Of a stretch of 64,000 nucleotides of DNA, positions 13,659 through 26,000 are shown piece by piece. The notes beneath the pieces were generated by a model. That model worked only from the letters and a program-made list of their open reading frames with translations, ran no database searches and was not told the DNA's origin. The translations under genes were made by a program, and so were the position numbers. The stretch comes from Lingula anatina (taxonomy: Eukaryota; Animalia; Brachiopoda): assembly GCA_051362555.1 (NCBI GenBank), contig CM120647.1:3410001-3474000 (forward strand). The letters run 5' to 3'. The first letter of the stretch is position 1. Each line of letters opens with the position of its first letter.

Positions 13659-15319
13659 CAGACTTGACATTTAATATGGAATATTTTTTCCAAATCATAA
13701 TTCATCAGTTTTTTTTCCTATTTTGCTGGCTGAAAAATGAAAATAAGGATTAAAATCGTGTTTTAATAACTTTTGATAATCTATTCGATGTCAGTGTGAC
13801 ATCAGTTCATTAACTGAATTCGCCAGTGAAGCATAAAAAAATACATTGCCTATTTTAAGTCATACGACAACCATTGAAAGCGATATATTGGATCTCCATA
13901 TTTTCCTAATCATTGCCTTTAAAAGAGTTACACGTCCCACAAAGGCCCCCCCATGTCATTGTCTAGTCACAGCAACAGTCGCTGTTACGCTTGACCTCAT
14001 CTTGCTGCCACCAGAGGTTTCAAGTCGCAAGGTATTCCTTGTTATAGGTTTTTAGAGTTTAATCTGAAATAAAATTCCAGGCAACGGTTAAAACTTGTCC
14101 AATTTGGCTCAGTTTTGTTGTAGGACATGCAGGCCGTTGATACGGCGAGTAATGACCTACCGACATATTGTCTATGTGGTTCAATTATGGCGATTTTGAT
14201 GACCAAGGTAGCTACTCATTCCCTTGGTTCTGTAAGTTATCTGCTATTAAAAGTGCTCTGTGTGAACCGGCAATCTAATCGTGCAACCTAAAATTGTTCC
14301 TAAGATGCCCTCTATCAAATGATAGTCAAGTGGTTCCCAGATTATTCCTTTATTTCATCTGGTTCAGGTTTTCATCGATGACTACCATTGGTGTTTTGGC
14401 ACCAATGTGGTATCCACTCCAAATACTGACACTGTCAATGACCCTGGTCACTTAAGAAGTGGCACACGTTTCGTCGTAGGCCTCTTCAGGATGTCTGTAA
14501 ACTCTGTTTTGACCAGTTTAACGGTACAGGTGAAGTTTGACCCCAATAAAGAAAGCCACGCGGTTTCAGTGTTCTACCCAGAAACGGTAATGGTCCCCAA
14601 TTCATTAGAGAAACAGACTACGCTGCTGTGCTGCTTACAGTGGCTTCCTCAGAGGTCATCTGGTATCTTAACCTGCTGAAACCAGTTTGGTGTTCGCTAA
14701 GAGCCTTGAAAAACGCGTTTTGGTGACAATTTGCCCCTCATTCAAAACGGACTGGGTGGTTTTGGTTTAATTGCAGCAGCATATCCTGAAGGACAGCAAG
14801 TTCTGTACCCTGGTGGTAAGACGTCAATGCATTGGGCGTGGTCTCTGTGTAGGTACATCAGTCTGGGCATTACTCTATAAAACTGTATAGACCATTCCGT
14901 TTGACACAATAATCTGTCTGGCAATGTCTGTGCTTTTCGCACCATTCTGGCACAGCTTAACAATTTTGTAAAACACTGCTTATTTCATTTTACGCACTGC
15001 AAAACCGACCGCTTGCATACAAAATTTCAAATTCTTCTATGCAGTAGTTGCCGATATATGGATACTTTTTTGACAGAACCATGCTTCGCCAAAGCCAAGC
15101 TTTGACCAGCCCAAAGGAGCACTACCCAATTAAATCACTGCATATTACACAAGGCAACACAGCAACAGACTTGGTAGTCAGTTATTGGCAGCGACACACC
15201 TGACTTCACACTTCTCCAGTCAGATGTCTTATATGAGATCTGAGTTTTATGAAAAAGAACGCATTTCTACCTAGGTATACCTTTAAAACTGAAATATTCC
15301 ATATTAAATGTCAAGTCTG
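13659..15319 (-). mobile_element. Full-length decayed Tc1-family transposon (1661 bp)
   Basis: Perfect 28-bp TIRs CAGACTTGACATTTAATATGGAATATTT flanked by TA on both sides. Minus-strand remnants include GQNRVYRHPEEAY and LPWSSKSP*LNHIDNM (WPxxSPDLNPIEN-like). An empty-site paralog lies at about 61200. Confidence 0.88.
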
Positions 15320-18222
15320 TATTAGAGCTCAAACATCTAACCGGGTATCATGACACCCCCCGGACAACCCCCCCCCCCCCCAATATAGCCAATACTTTTG
15401 TTTTTATTTCATTTTGTCTCATTTCTTATAGTCAGTAAAGCATTCAAGAAGTGTATAAATGGAATACATGTATAATATAGATAATTTAAAACCAGAGTGT
15501 TTTATTTTCTGGGAAGATGGGACTGTCTTGGGGGGGGGGGTCGTCTTTGGGGGGGGGGGGTCCAGGGGGAATTGTCAGGGTAGGGGGAGTCCTAGAATCA
15601 TGTATCCAGTCAAAATTGACCAATTGCCATCATTGAAGAGTCAAGTCCTGATGTGCAGACTGTGTATTGACCCCCAGCCACATTTCTCGACCCACTACCC
15701 AGTAATACCACCCTGATAGTCGTACACTTTTCTATAAGTGTGTGCAAACATTTCATCTATTTTGAATAAGTTGAAAATATAAATTTCATGAAAAGTAACA
15801 AGCTGCAGATTAATTTAAATTACCCATCATGATCTCGTTCTCCTGCTACTTACAGATGCCTGTGATGAGTTTATAATTTACTGACTGAAAGACAGTAGTT
15901 TGACATGTTCAGTAACATATGATTAATGTATTCTGTTTAAGGATTATTAAAGATGTGTATCTAGAAATGGAATGTATTTTTTAATTAGACTTAAGAAATA
16001 AGCATTACAATACAATACAAATCACTTCTCACATATACATTTCTCAAAAAGCATACGGATAGATACATATCCGTATACCCTACCATGCCACTTTATTGCG
16101 TGCTACATGTAACTACTGTGTAAAATAAATACATATAAAGACAAGCAAATAATTATTTTTTAGTTCAGAAAACATTCGATGTCCCCGGATTACGGATACC
16201 CTCCATTTTTTTTAAATTTTCTGTAAATGTATCATTTCACCTGAGAAATTAGTAGATTTATTTTCTTATCATCATTTCCGGGAATAATATCCGATGCGTA
16301 AATCTGAACATTAGCTCCCTCTCCTTCACTAGATTAAGTTTTCGAGTTTTTCCGCAAGTTTTAAACAGCATCAAAGTTAACGATATGTATATTATCTTTT
16401 ATTTATTTTTACGAATTAAACGCATCTGACTTTACTTGACTTCGGCTGACGTAAAGGTTTAGTTTTGGGGGTAATTAAAAAAGATAAGTGGAATCATGTG
16501 GAAATTACCACGAGGAAAGGCGTGGTCTCATGTAAAATCATGAATAAATAGAGCAGAGAGTTTCCAGGCGGGAGTTTCAAGATTATTATAATTTATTCAC
16601 ATTGCTTGAGACGTTACGTCGCTTAACGAGCGTGATTGATATCAATTTGAAACTATCGTGATGGGCATCAACTTATCAATATTTTCTAACGCCATTTTTT
16701 CTTCCAGTGCCCACTGAGGCAGTTGAAATATCGTGATTTTCATTTGTCTATTCAGAATGTCCTGGGTGCTAACAACACATATTTTAGAACACAGCTTGAC
16801 AAGATTTTTTGTTTCTACACAGTCACAAAACTTTAACAACTGGACAGAACGATAAAATCTTTGAGATTGTCTCGACGTTCCTAATTGATAATGCTTAATT
16901 GCTTTCATAAGTTCACCCTCCCGACCCTCCTTCTCCTGATCAACTAATATATCACTTCCCGCATATATCGCCCCGTGCCTGTGCCCCCTTCCCTGTTGCT
17001 CTCCTTTACAACAATGAGTACTAATTAGTGTTATCACAATTATTATCATTACTTCTATATAACCGTAATTGATTCATTTTGTTACAATGAATTATATTAA
17101 CACAGGCGAGCACATAATGCTGTGGCGACGTGCCGCCTGCTTTGAATGTATTTATTATGTATATCTTTATTGTAGAAATAAATGTTTTAAAAAAAATCAA
17201 TATTTTAAGCCAACGATACGCGCACAATTATTGCTTAACGTTTCTCTCTGACCATAGGGTGCGATAGAAGTCTGTTACAAAATTGTTGAAAGGGACTGTA
17301 TACTATTTTAGAGACCCTGATATCACAGGGCGGGTTAACGTTAATATACAATGTAGTAAGAGGATACCTAAAACGGGAGTACGGGAGTACAATAGAAGTG
17401 AAACAATAAATTCAACTTTTTTCCATCATCATTCCAGGACTTTAATCTCGTCTGAAATCAGTTCAGTCTTTCTTCACACCAGAGGTGTATCGTGGCCCCG
17501 GTCTGTCACGTGAAGATACTAGGCCAGTGCCTTGATAAAAACCGTTTGAATCATTGAGGGTTCAGAACACTCCTCCGTGAATAACTAATTCTTTTAAACA
17601 TACACACCAGCTTTAAAATAATATGTAATTTATAGAGCATTACTCCAGCATGCTGTCATACAATGTAAACATTCTAGATAAATGAAACTAATGAACCATA
17701 CTTCAAACAACATTACATCTTCAGCTTCACATAAAATAAAGGAAATATATTTTATTAACATCCACATAGATTTAAAACTGTAATTCTAGAACGTCAGACA
17801 GTCATACAAAGTTTAATCAAAGCAAACCAATTCAATGTGATGTAGACAACTTAAGCCTCACAAAAACAATAATTTCATAAAAAATCATTATATTGGAAAT
17901 TAAATCACTTGGCTGTCTCAGTTAGTGGGTCAAAGTTTAAACAGACAATACAGCCCCACACATTTTGATATTTCATTTTGAAAGAAAAGGCAGAAAACAA
18001 AAACAAGTTTCACATCAGTTTCATAACACACGAATCATCCAATAGGACTATCATAAGAGTCGCAGAAAAAAAGAATGAACATATATTTATTCTAAATATC
18101 AGTATTACCTGATATAAAACTGACCTAACACCAGAAAGCTATGGAACTTGACGTGCTACACTCTAATTATTTCTCTGATCCAAATTACTGCCAAGATTTA
18201 AGACACTTCAGAAGAAAAACAT

Positions 18223-18489
18223 GACTGAGACCCTATCCTTGTACCTAGATTGATCTAGCAGGATCGACCCATCTCTGGGGGATTTCTTATTGAAGTACAT
18301 TCAGCTTAAGTGGCTCTGATGTCTGGCACACCTACTGAAGCCGTTAGAAGGTAATTAACTATCATTTAGCAGCTTCAGTAGGTGTGCCAGACATTTCAGC
18401 TGCTTATTATGAATGCAATTTAGTGAGAATCCCATTGGAGATGGGTCGATCCTGCTAGATCCATCTAGGTATGGGAATGTGTCTTAGTT
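18223..18489. mobile_element. Fold-back (palindromic) MITE
   Basis: TACCTAGATTGATCTAGCAGGATCGACCCATCTC pairs with GAGATGGGTCGATCCTGCTAGATCCATCTAGGTA, and ATGTCTGGCACACCTACTGAAGC pairs with GCTTCAGTAGGTGTGCCAGACAT. A partial relative lies at about 19696-19865. Confidence 0.75.
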
Positions 18490-20732
18490 AATCTACTGGT
18501 CAAGACTTGTATTTGATGAACTGAACCACATTTGTCCTTGCTGTCATACTGATAGGAAGGTGGGCTCCCAGGCTGCTTTTCTGTTGATGAATCTGGAAAA
18601 GATTCAAAATATTCCTTCAGAAGATATCCTTTCCTTTAATTGATCAATATATCTTTAAATAAAGATATTATTATACACTGTAAAAGACTATATCAAATAC
18701 CCAACTGCAGGAATCATTTTAGTAAGCAAAACATGATGATTTTTATATTGTTTACAACGCAGATGATGGAACTACTGCTGATATAGGTCTTTAATTGTTT
18801 TGATAAAAATAAATAAATAAATAAATAAATAAAACCACAGGGAGCAGTTTTACCTCAGTTGTCAGCTGTGGTACCATATGGTCTGCAGTTTGTCTGTTAC
18901 CCTGATCTCCATGACAACAGGTGCTGATGATCAACAGTGTCCAGAGTCACAGTAACCACCCACAATTTCTGGTCTTTTGCTTACTTCTTCCACAAGAAAT
19001 GTGCAAAAATTCTGAAGAGAAAAATCAACTAAACAACAAATATGACATTGACTGTAGATTTGCAGGGACTCTTGCTGAGTGCAAACAGCATAAGTGAATG
19101 ATATGCATCCTCTTGTTTCCAACACGCATAATCAGCAGTTATTTTATATTTTATTCACTGCCTGCAGAGGCGCTTCAGTCAATTAAGCTGATTGCACTTT
19201 GCGAGTCTCGGCACAGAGTTTGATCACTCTTAATTGACCTATGGTGTTTGTGAGAGCCCATAGAGATCAGAATATATACACACAAATACACACATCAAAC
19301 AAATATCTTCTATGTATATGAAGCAGATTCATCTATAGGCAAGAGAGGTGACACAAGAATTATCAATTCTTTGAAATAATCAGACATTTTCATCTCAACA
19401 GGTATGGTCTGTCTATAATAGAAGTGAATTTTTGTTTTTCATTGTTCCAAATCTTTTGGTTTAGTTTGGTTTAATTTTCTGGCCAGTCATCAATACTACT
19501 TTGTCTGTACTCTTTTAATATTCAAATCTATCAACCGAACACAACCATTCATTAACACTGGCAGTATGAGTAAACCATCATCATATTTATATAAAACCCA
19601 AATAGGTTATATAATATTGATTCATATAATATTAATTCATGTAATAGGAGAACATATTATCTATTAGTAAATCAACCTTTAGACATAGCAAATATTAAGA
19701 CTGGGTTCCCATACCTAGATCGATCCAAGAGGATCGATCCATCTCCAAAGGATTTCTCGCTCAATTGCTTTCAGCTTAAGTGGCTTAGATGTCTGACACA
19801 ACTACTGAACATGCTAAACGACAATAATTACCCCCTAGCAGGTTCAGTAGGCATGACAGACATCTAGTGAAATAATATACATCATTCAGAAATTATGGTA
19901 CTTACTCTTTAGTTAAGCCATTCTTTGGATCTTTTAACTGAAGACAATTTAAAAAAGCTGTGCAATGGAATTGCCATTTTAAAGCAGGAATTCTTCCAAA
20001 CTAATTTCATAGTGATAAAACAACAGGCAGTGCATATTGTTTTTACAAACTCATGACTCACCTACATAAACACCTTTCTAGTGTTGACATTATCTAGGTC
20101 TCCGAACTCAGTGCTAAAGAGGATCATTACACAACCCTTCTTTATATCCACATAATGATACCTACAGATTTTATATCAATTCTTGAATTAATCATTGTTT
20201 TCATTTAAATAAGTCATGAGTTTGGGAAAAGTATCCAATAATTTATTTAATATACATTTTACAAAATAAATCTTTATCAACTGCCACAATCAATAAATGA
20301 AATAACTATTTCACAATTTTTCTGAAAGATCTTTTCTATACACAAATATTTAAAAATGTTTAGCTGACAGTGAGGAGTTATCTGTCTTACAGTGATATTA
20401 TGCAATTTTGTATTTGCCAAAAGCGTCAATATTTTCTGTTAATCATATGGTTTCCTCACCTCTGCTATTGATCACAGCTCCCTTTCAGCCTACCTCCTCT
20501 TTTTCTTGGAATTCAAAGACTTTTCTAAATACAGAATCCTTCATGGCTACCTCTGGCCAATTACAGGGAATATCTTCTTCATCATGGACTTGTGAAACAT
20601 TGCAGCCTGAAAATATATAAATGACTACATTAAAATTATAACACTTTGCCAATTTTCATAAAAATGAAAAGAAAGGGAACTTATATATCTTCAGCCTTTA
20701 CAAAGCCAAGGTATCTGTTAGAATGCGGAAAT

Positions 20733-20766
<34 letters not shown>

Positions 20767-22603
20767 GGCGTGTGTTTGGGCATGAATGCTTGTTTTACTT
20801 CTGAAATCATATTAGTAAATTAATAACGAAACTATGTTTTTCCTGTCCATCTTCCAAAAATCACCCATTTTAAACTTTAAGCCAGCAGAGTGCAGGACGT
20901 GTAGGATAGTGTGCTCCCTTTATCCCACCAGACTTGCCCCGTGAATTAACGTTTTACTTGATAAGAATATATCAATGAGCTTTCATTTTTCTTTAATATA
21001 TTCTAATAAGTCAACTTCTAACAAAGGCTGTGCTAGCATATTTCCTAGCCTCGCAAAATAACTTATTTCCACCAAATAGAGCACTTACAAAAGGGCAAAG
21101 CATTTTAAGCAAAAGTATACTACTAGAGGATCAGAGAGGCAATACCACCTTCCAATCTTCTACCGTGAGCTGGAGAAAGTAAATCTGTATGGAAAGTAAA
21201 ACAAAACAAGGCAACAAAGCTCTCAAATGTACAGATAAAAAGCAGAAAATAATAATGCACAAAACAGGATACTGTCCAGGGGTGTAAACAGACCTTTAAA
21301 AATTGTATGCACAGATTTTTAAAATTCCCAGCACGTACAGCAAAATGTAAAGTAACGCAACAGATGAAGGACAGCGTAATCGCAGCATATGTAACACGCA
21401 TTGTAGCTTAATTTCCCTTAATAATAAAATCATCATTTAAGTCAATAATATTATCGCAATTTAATAAAGTTTCAATATTCTATTTTACACAGAACGGTAT
21501 ATTTATTTAAAAGGATTCTAACTGAAACATAAACTTAGTTTAATTATTTGTTTGTGAAAATTGCCTATGCCACCCTGTTAGTTAGGGCTAAGCTGGGTCA
21601 AGTCTGTGTTAATATTCCTATGAAGCTTTGCAGGAAAAAATCTTCCTTTGTTTCTCTAGCTCCTTTTTAAGCTTGGTGTCCAGATTTTATCTAGTGCCCC
21701 CAGGTCTGCAGGAGCTGCTCTTTAAATATAAAGCACAGGTAGATTTTTACCTGAGATAAATATCGCCAGCGACAGTGCGTTCGATACTCTGAAGACAAAG
21801 GCTACAGGAGGGTTGAAGCCACTTAACACTTCGATTAACAGGTAAAGGAAGTTCCAGATAGATGGACGATTAAGATAGGACTTGTAAAGGTAACAGGAAT
21901 TGTTTACCTCAGTTCCATAAAAGTATGCAAGATGGGGTGTCAGAACAATGGCGCGTTTACAATTGATACAGAGGGTTTGTACATACAGGTGACTTTAACT
22001 GGCAGAGGATTTTCGATTATATTCCGTGAAAACTACACTTAATTTCTATAAAATAATATCATGGTTGCCCAAAAAAACTGTACGCACAGTGCATCCGTGC
22101 GTATGCCTAGTTACGCCCATGCTGTCAATTCTGATGCATTAATACATTACGCTTAACTGTAAAGTCAACATCAAATTTTAATAATGCACAACAGGTAATA
22201 CTGATGAAAGTAAAAGCATAAGGCTTCACGCCCATGAGAGTTCAAGTCCACACTTTGAAGTTGCCAGAATGAGAAAAATGAAAATTTCACAAAAAATTGC
22301 ATAAATTCAATAAAATGATAAAATAATAAAGGTGGTTTTCTAATTTAAGCTGTATGTCAATCCTAAAAATCATTCTTGCAAGTTAAAAAAAATGAGTAAC
22401 ACCGTTTTCTTTTCATTATGATTGTGGTGACAGTGCACAAAGTAGGTTTTTTTGTCAATTTTGATTCAATATAACATAATGCTAATCCACATAATAACCA
22501 TCAATTATTAATAATAAAATAAAAGTACCAAGGATATTCAGAAAATGTGACTTGCAAAGGTATTCAAGCCAAATGAAGTTCAAATTCACTCCTTGAAAAT
22601 GTC

Positions 22604-22705
22604 TGTTAATGGAATAAGTCAAACACGTGGATATAACTGAACCGGAAGTGCTCTGGGAGCGTTTATTATATAACAAGTATCAATAAGAGGGAGCATCCCT
22701 TAACA
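22604..22705 (-). repeat. 3' LTR (102 bp)
   Basis: Identical to 27494-27595. On the element strand it is preceded by the polypurine tract GGGAAAAGGAGGA (22706-22718). Confidence 0.96.
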
Positions 22706-23045
22706 TCCTCCTTTTCCCATAAAAAAAAAAGAAAAAAAAAACAAAAAAACAACTATAATAATCACGAACTAGTCAACATTTCAAAATAAACGCAATAACT
22801 TGAAACAGTGTAAATGTTTTTTTTTTTTTTTTTTTTTTTAAATCTGAACAAGTCCATATCATATGTTTAATTATGTTCTAAGATCAACTTAAGTCACTTT
22901 CTGGTATATATTGTCCCGACTTTGTAATATGGAGCACTACTCAAAACAATATACTATAACTAAAAAACAAACTACTATTTTACAATGGGGTCATTGAGGT
23001 AGACTGCCTCTCACCCTTTTCTGCCATGGGTATTATTCTGACCCA

Positions 23046-26000
23046 TCACTTAGAATACACAACATAATCTCCTAAGTATTTTGGCTTCTTCAAGAGTCTA
23101 CCGAACCGAGTGGTATGGACCTCCTCTTCACTGCTCTGTGGTGGAGGTGTAGTTTTGCACGGCGTACTGGGAGTTGACTTAATGGGACTGGGTATCATAA
23201 TTGGTTCGCTGGTAACGTCAGTGGGTTTAATCGGTACCTCTGGTGTTTCTGCAGCTACTGTCCCCCGGGATTGGTTTGGAGTGGTGACCTCTCGACTAGG
23301 TCTGAGGTGACTACGGTTCCTGCGGTAAATTTTGTTGTCTTGCTCCACTAGATAGGATCGAGGGGCGAGTTTCTCCACTATTCTGCCAGCAGACCATGAG
23401 ACTGACGATTGCGGCCTTAGATTGGTACGCACAGGCTGTCCGATAACCAGAGGAGGCAGTTCCTTGCTTCCTTTGTCATAACACTTCTTTGCTATTCTCT
23501 TCTGGTTTACTTGTTTCTGAAATACCTGGTCTTTTGGTACTACTATTGGCTCTAGTTTGTCACAGCGTACGGGAATGAGCGATCTAGTGCGCCTACTCAT
23601 CAACTTTTGTGCTGCACTCCCTGTGTTGTCTGCGGCTGGCGTGTTTCTGTGCTCTAAAACTGCTAACCACAAATCGGTACCGTCTTGTTTTGTTCTCTTG
23701 ATCAGGGTCTTTGCCACTTTAACAGCTGCCTCAGCTGTGCCGTTACCACTGGGGTGGTGGGGAGATGATGTATGATGGTTAATCTTCCACGCCTCGGTGA
23801 ACTCTCGGAATTGCTGACACTGATATTGAGGCCCGTTGTCAGAGATAAACAGCTTTGGAATGCCATGTCGAGCAAACTGCTGCTTCAATTCATTGATCAC
23901 TGCTTCTGAAGTAGTGTCACTGAGTTGAGTGATCTCCCAGTACTTTGAGAAATGATCTACAAGCAGCAAATAATGTTCCCCTTGAATGGAAAATAAATCA
24001 CTGCTGACGATTTCAAATCGCTCCTTGGGTATAGGCTGAGAATGCATTGGCTCTTTCTGTTGGCGAGGCTGATTTTCCTGACAGACGTTGCAAGTTGCTA
24101 CCACATTGCGAATGTCATTGCTGATCTGAGGCCAGAAAATCGCATCTCTTGCTTTACGTATAGCTGTCTCTGTTCCTTGATGAGTTGCATGGACTCTCTC
24201 CAGCATCTGTTTACGTAAGCTAGTAGGAATTACTACTCTGGTGCCTCGATAGAGGATGCCATCTTGACAGGATAACTCGTCTCTATATGGCCAGTATTCA
24301 CGGCATAACAGGGGAACTTGAGTTTTGTCACTAGGCCATCCTTCCATGACTAGGATCAGCAGTGACTGCATAGCGTCATCCCGAAGTGTATGAGTCTTTA
24401 CTTGCTCCAGAGACTCATCGGACACATTGTTGTACTGCGAGTAATCAATCTCCTCGACTTCTTTGGCCAACTTCTGCTCGGATTCTACTGCATAAATCTC
24501 GTAATCTGAGTTCTCCTTGGTAGTTACTGACTTGGACACAGTTGCTCTAGATAATGCATCAGAGATATACATCTTTTTACCACGCTGGTACTTCACCTCA
24601 ATATGGTATTTCTGTAGCCTGAGGCGCATGCGTTGAAGTCGCTTTGGGGCAGCCAAGATTGGTTTCTTGAATATTGTCTCTAGGTTTTGGTGATCCGTGA
24701 GTACTGTGATATAGTCTCGGCCATGGAGATACTGATCGAAACGGTTACATGCAAATGTTATGGCCAAACATTCTTTTTCCATCTGAGAATAGTTGCGCTC
24801 TGTTTTGGACAATGCCCTTGATGCAAAAGCTACAGGTTGTCCAGCTTGCAGTAAGACTGCACCTAACCCGTAATCGCTGCTATCGGCTTCTACTGTAACT
24901 TCCTCTGTTAGGCTATAGTATCTCAAAACTGGGGTCATTGTCAACATTTGTTTCAATGTACAGAACGTCTGCTCATGCTGATCTGACCATATAAAGGGTG
25001 CATCTTCAGTCGTCAAGCGTCTCAGTGGTTCGCTCACTGTTGATAAATGAGGGCAGAACTTGGCCAGGTAATTCACCATGCCAATTAGTCTTTTCACCGC
25101 TTTAGCGTTCTCCGGCCTTTCCATTTCTACTATGGCCTGCACCTTCAATGGATCTGCTTTCAAACCTTCATCTGAGATCACGTGCCCGTGATAAGTAACT
25201 GAATTCAATTTGAATCGAAGCTTAGTCTTGTTCATTTTGAAGTTCCTCTCACGACATCTCTCTAATAGTGCTATCATATTTTCGTCATGATTCTTGATCG
25301 CTTCCTCAGAGGTATCTCCTTTACCATACACCAGGATGTCGTCTGCGATGGTCTGGACTCCGTCAAGACCGTCCAGTAGGTCTATAACTCGCCTCTGGAA
25401 CTCTTCCGGGGCTGATGAGATGCCGAATGGTAAACGTCGCCAACGATACCTGCCAAATGGCGTATTGAATGTCGTAAGAAGGCTGGACTCCTCATCTAAT
25501 CTCACCTGAAGGAAACCATCTCTAGCATCTATAACGCTAAATACTTTTGCATTAGTCAAGTTTGCACTTACTTCCTCCAAGGTTGGAAGTTTGAATTTTG
25601 GAATCTTTACAGCTTTGTTGAGCTCTTTTGGGTCTAGGCATATTCTTAACTTGCCTGGCTTCCTCACCGCCACCATCGAGCTTATCCAATCCGTTGGCTG
25701 ATTTACCCTCTCAATGATGCCTTGTTTCACCATGCTCGCCAGCTTTTCTTTTAGCTCTTTTCTCAAAGCTACTGGTACGGACCTTGGTGAGTCTTGTTTT
25801 GGTATAACCTTAGGGTCCAGCTCAATGTGGTATTCTCCTAGGTCACCTAAACCACTAAACACATCATTATACTTGGCGAAGATATCATCCTCTGACAGTT
25901 CCGTGCTAACAACGTTGATGAGAACATCTCTCTTTATCTTCATCAGACCAAATCTCTCTGATGTCTCTCCATTGAGTAACGAACAAGTGACATTTTTCAC

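Noticed and set aside
16642-17049. 135-aa minus-strand ORF
   Set aside because: No recognisable motif or convincing splice context; possibly a decayed fragment, but unassignable by eye.
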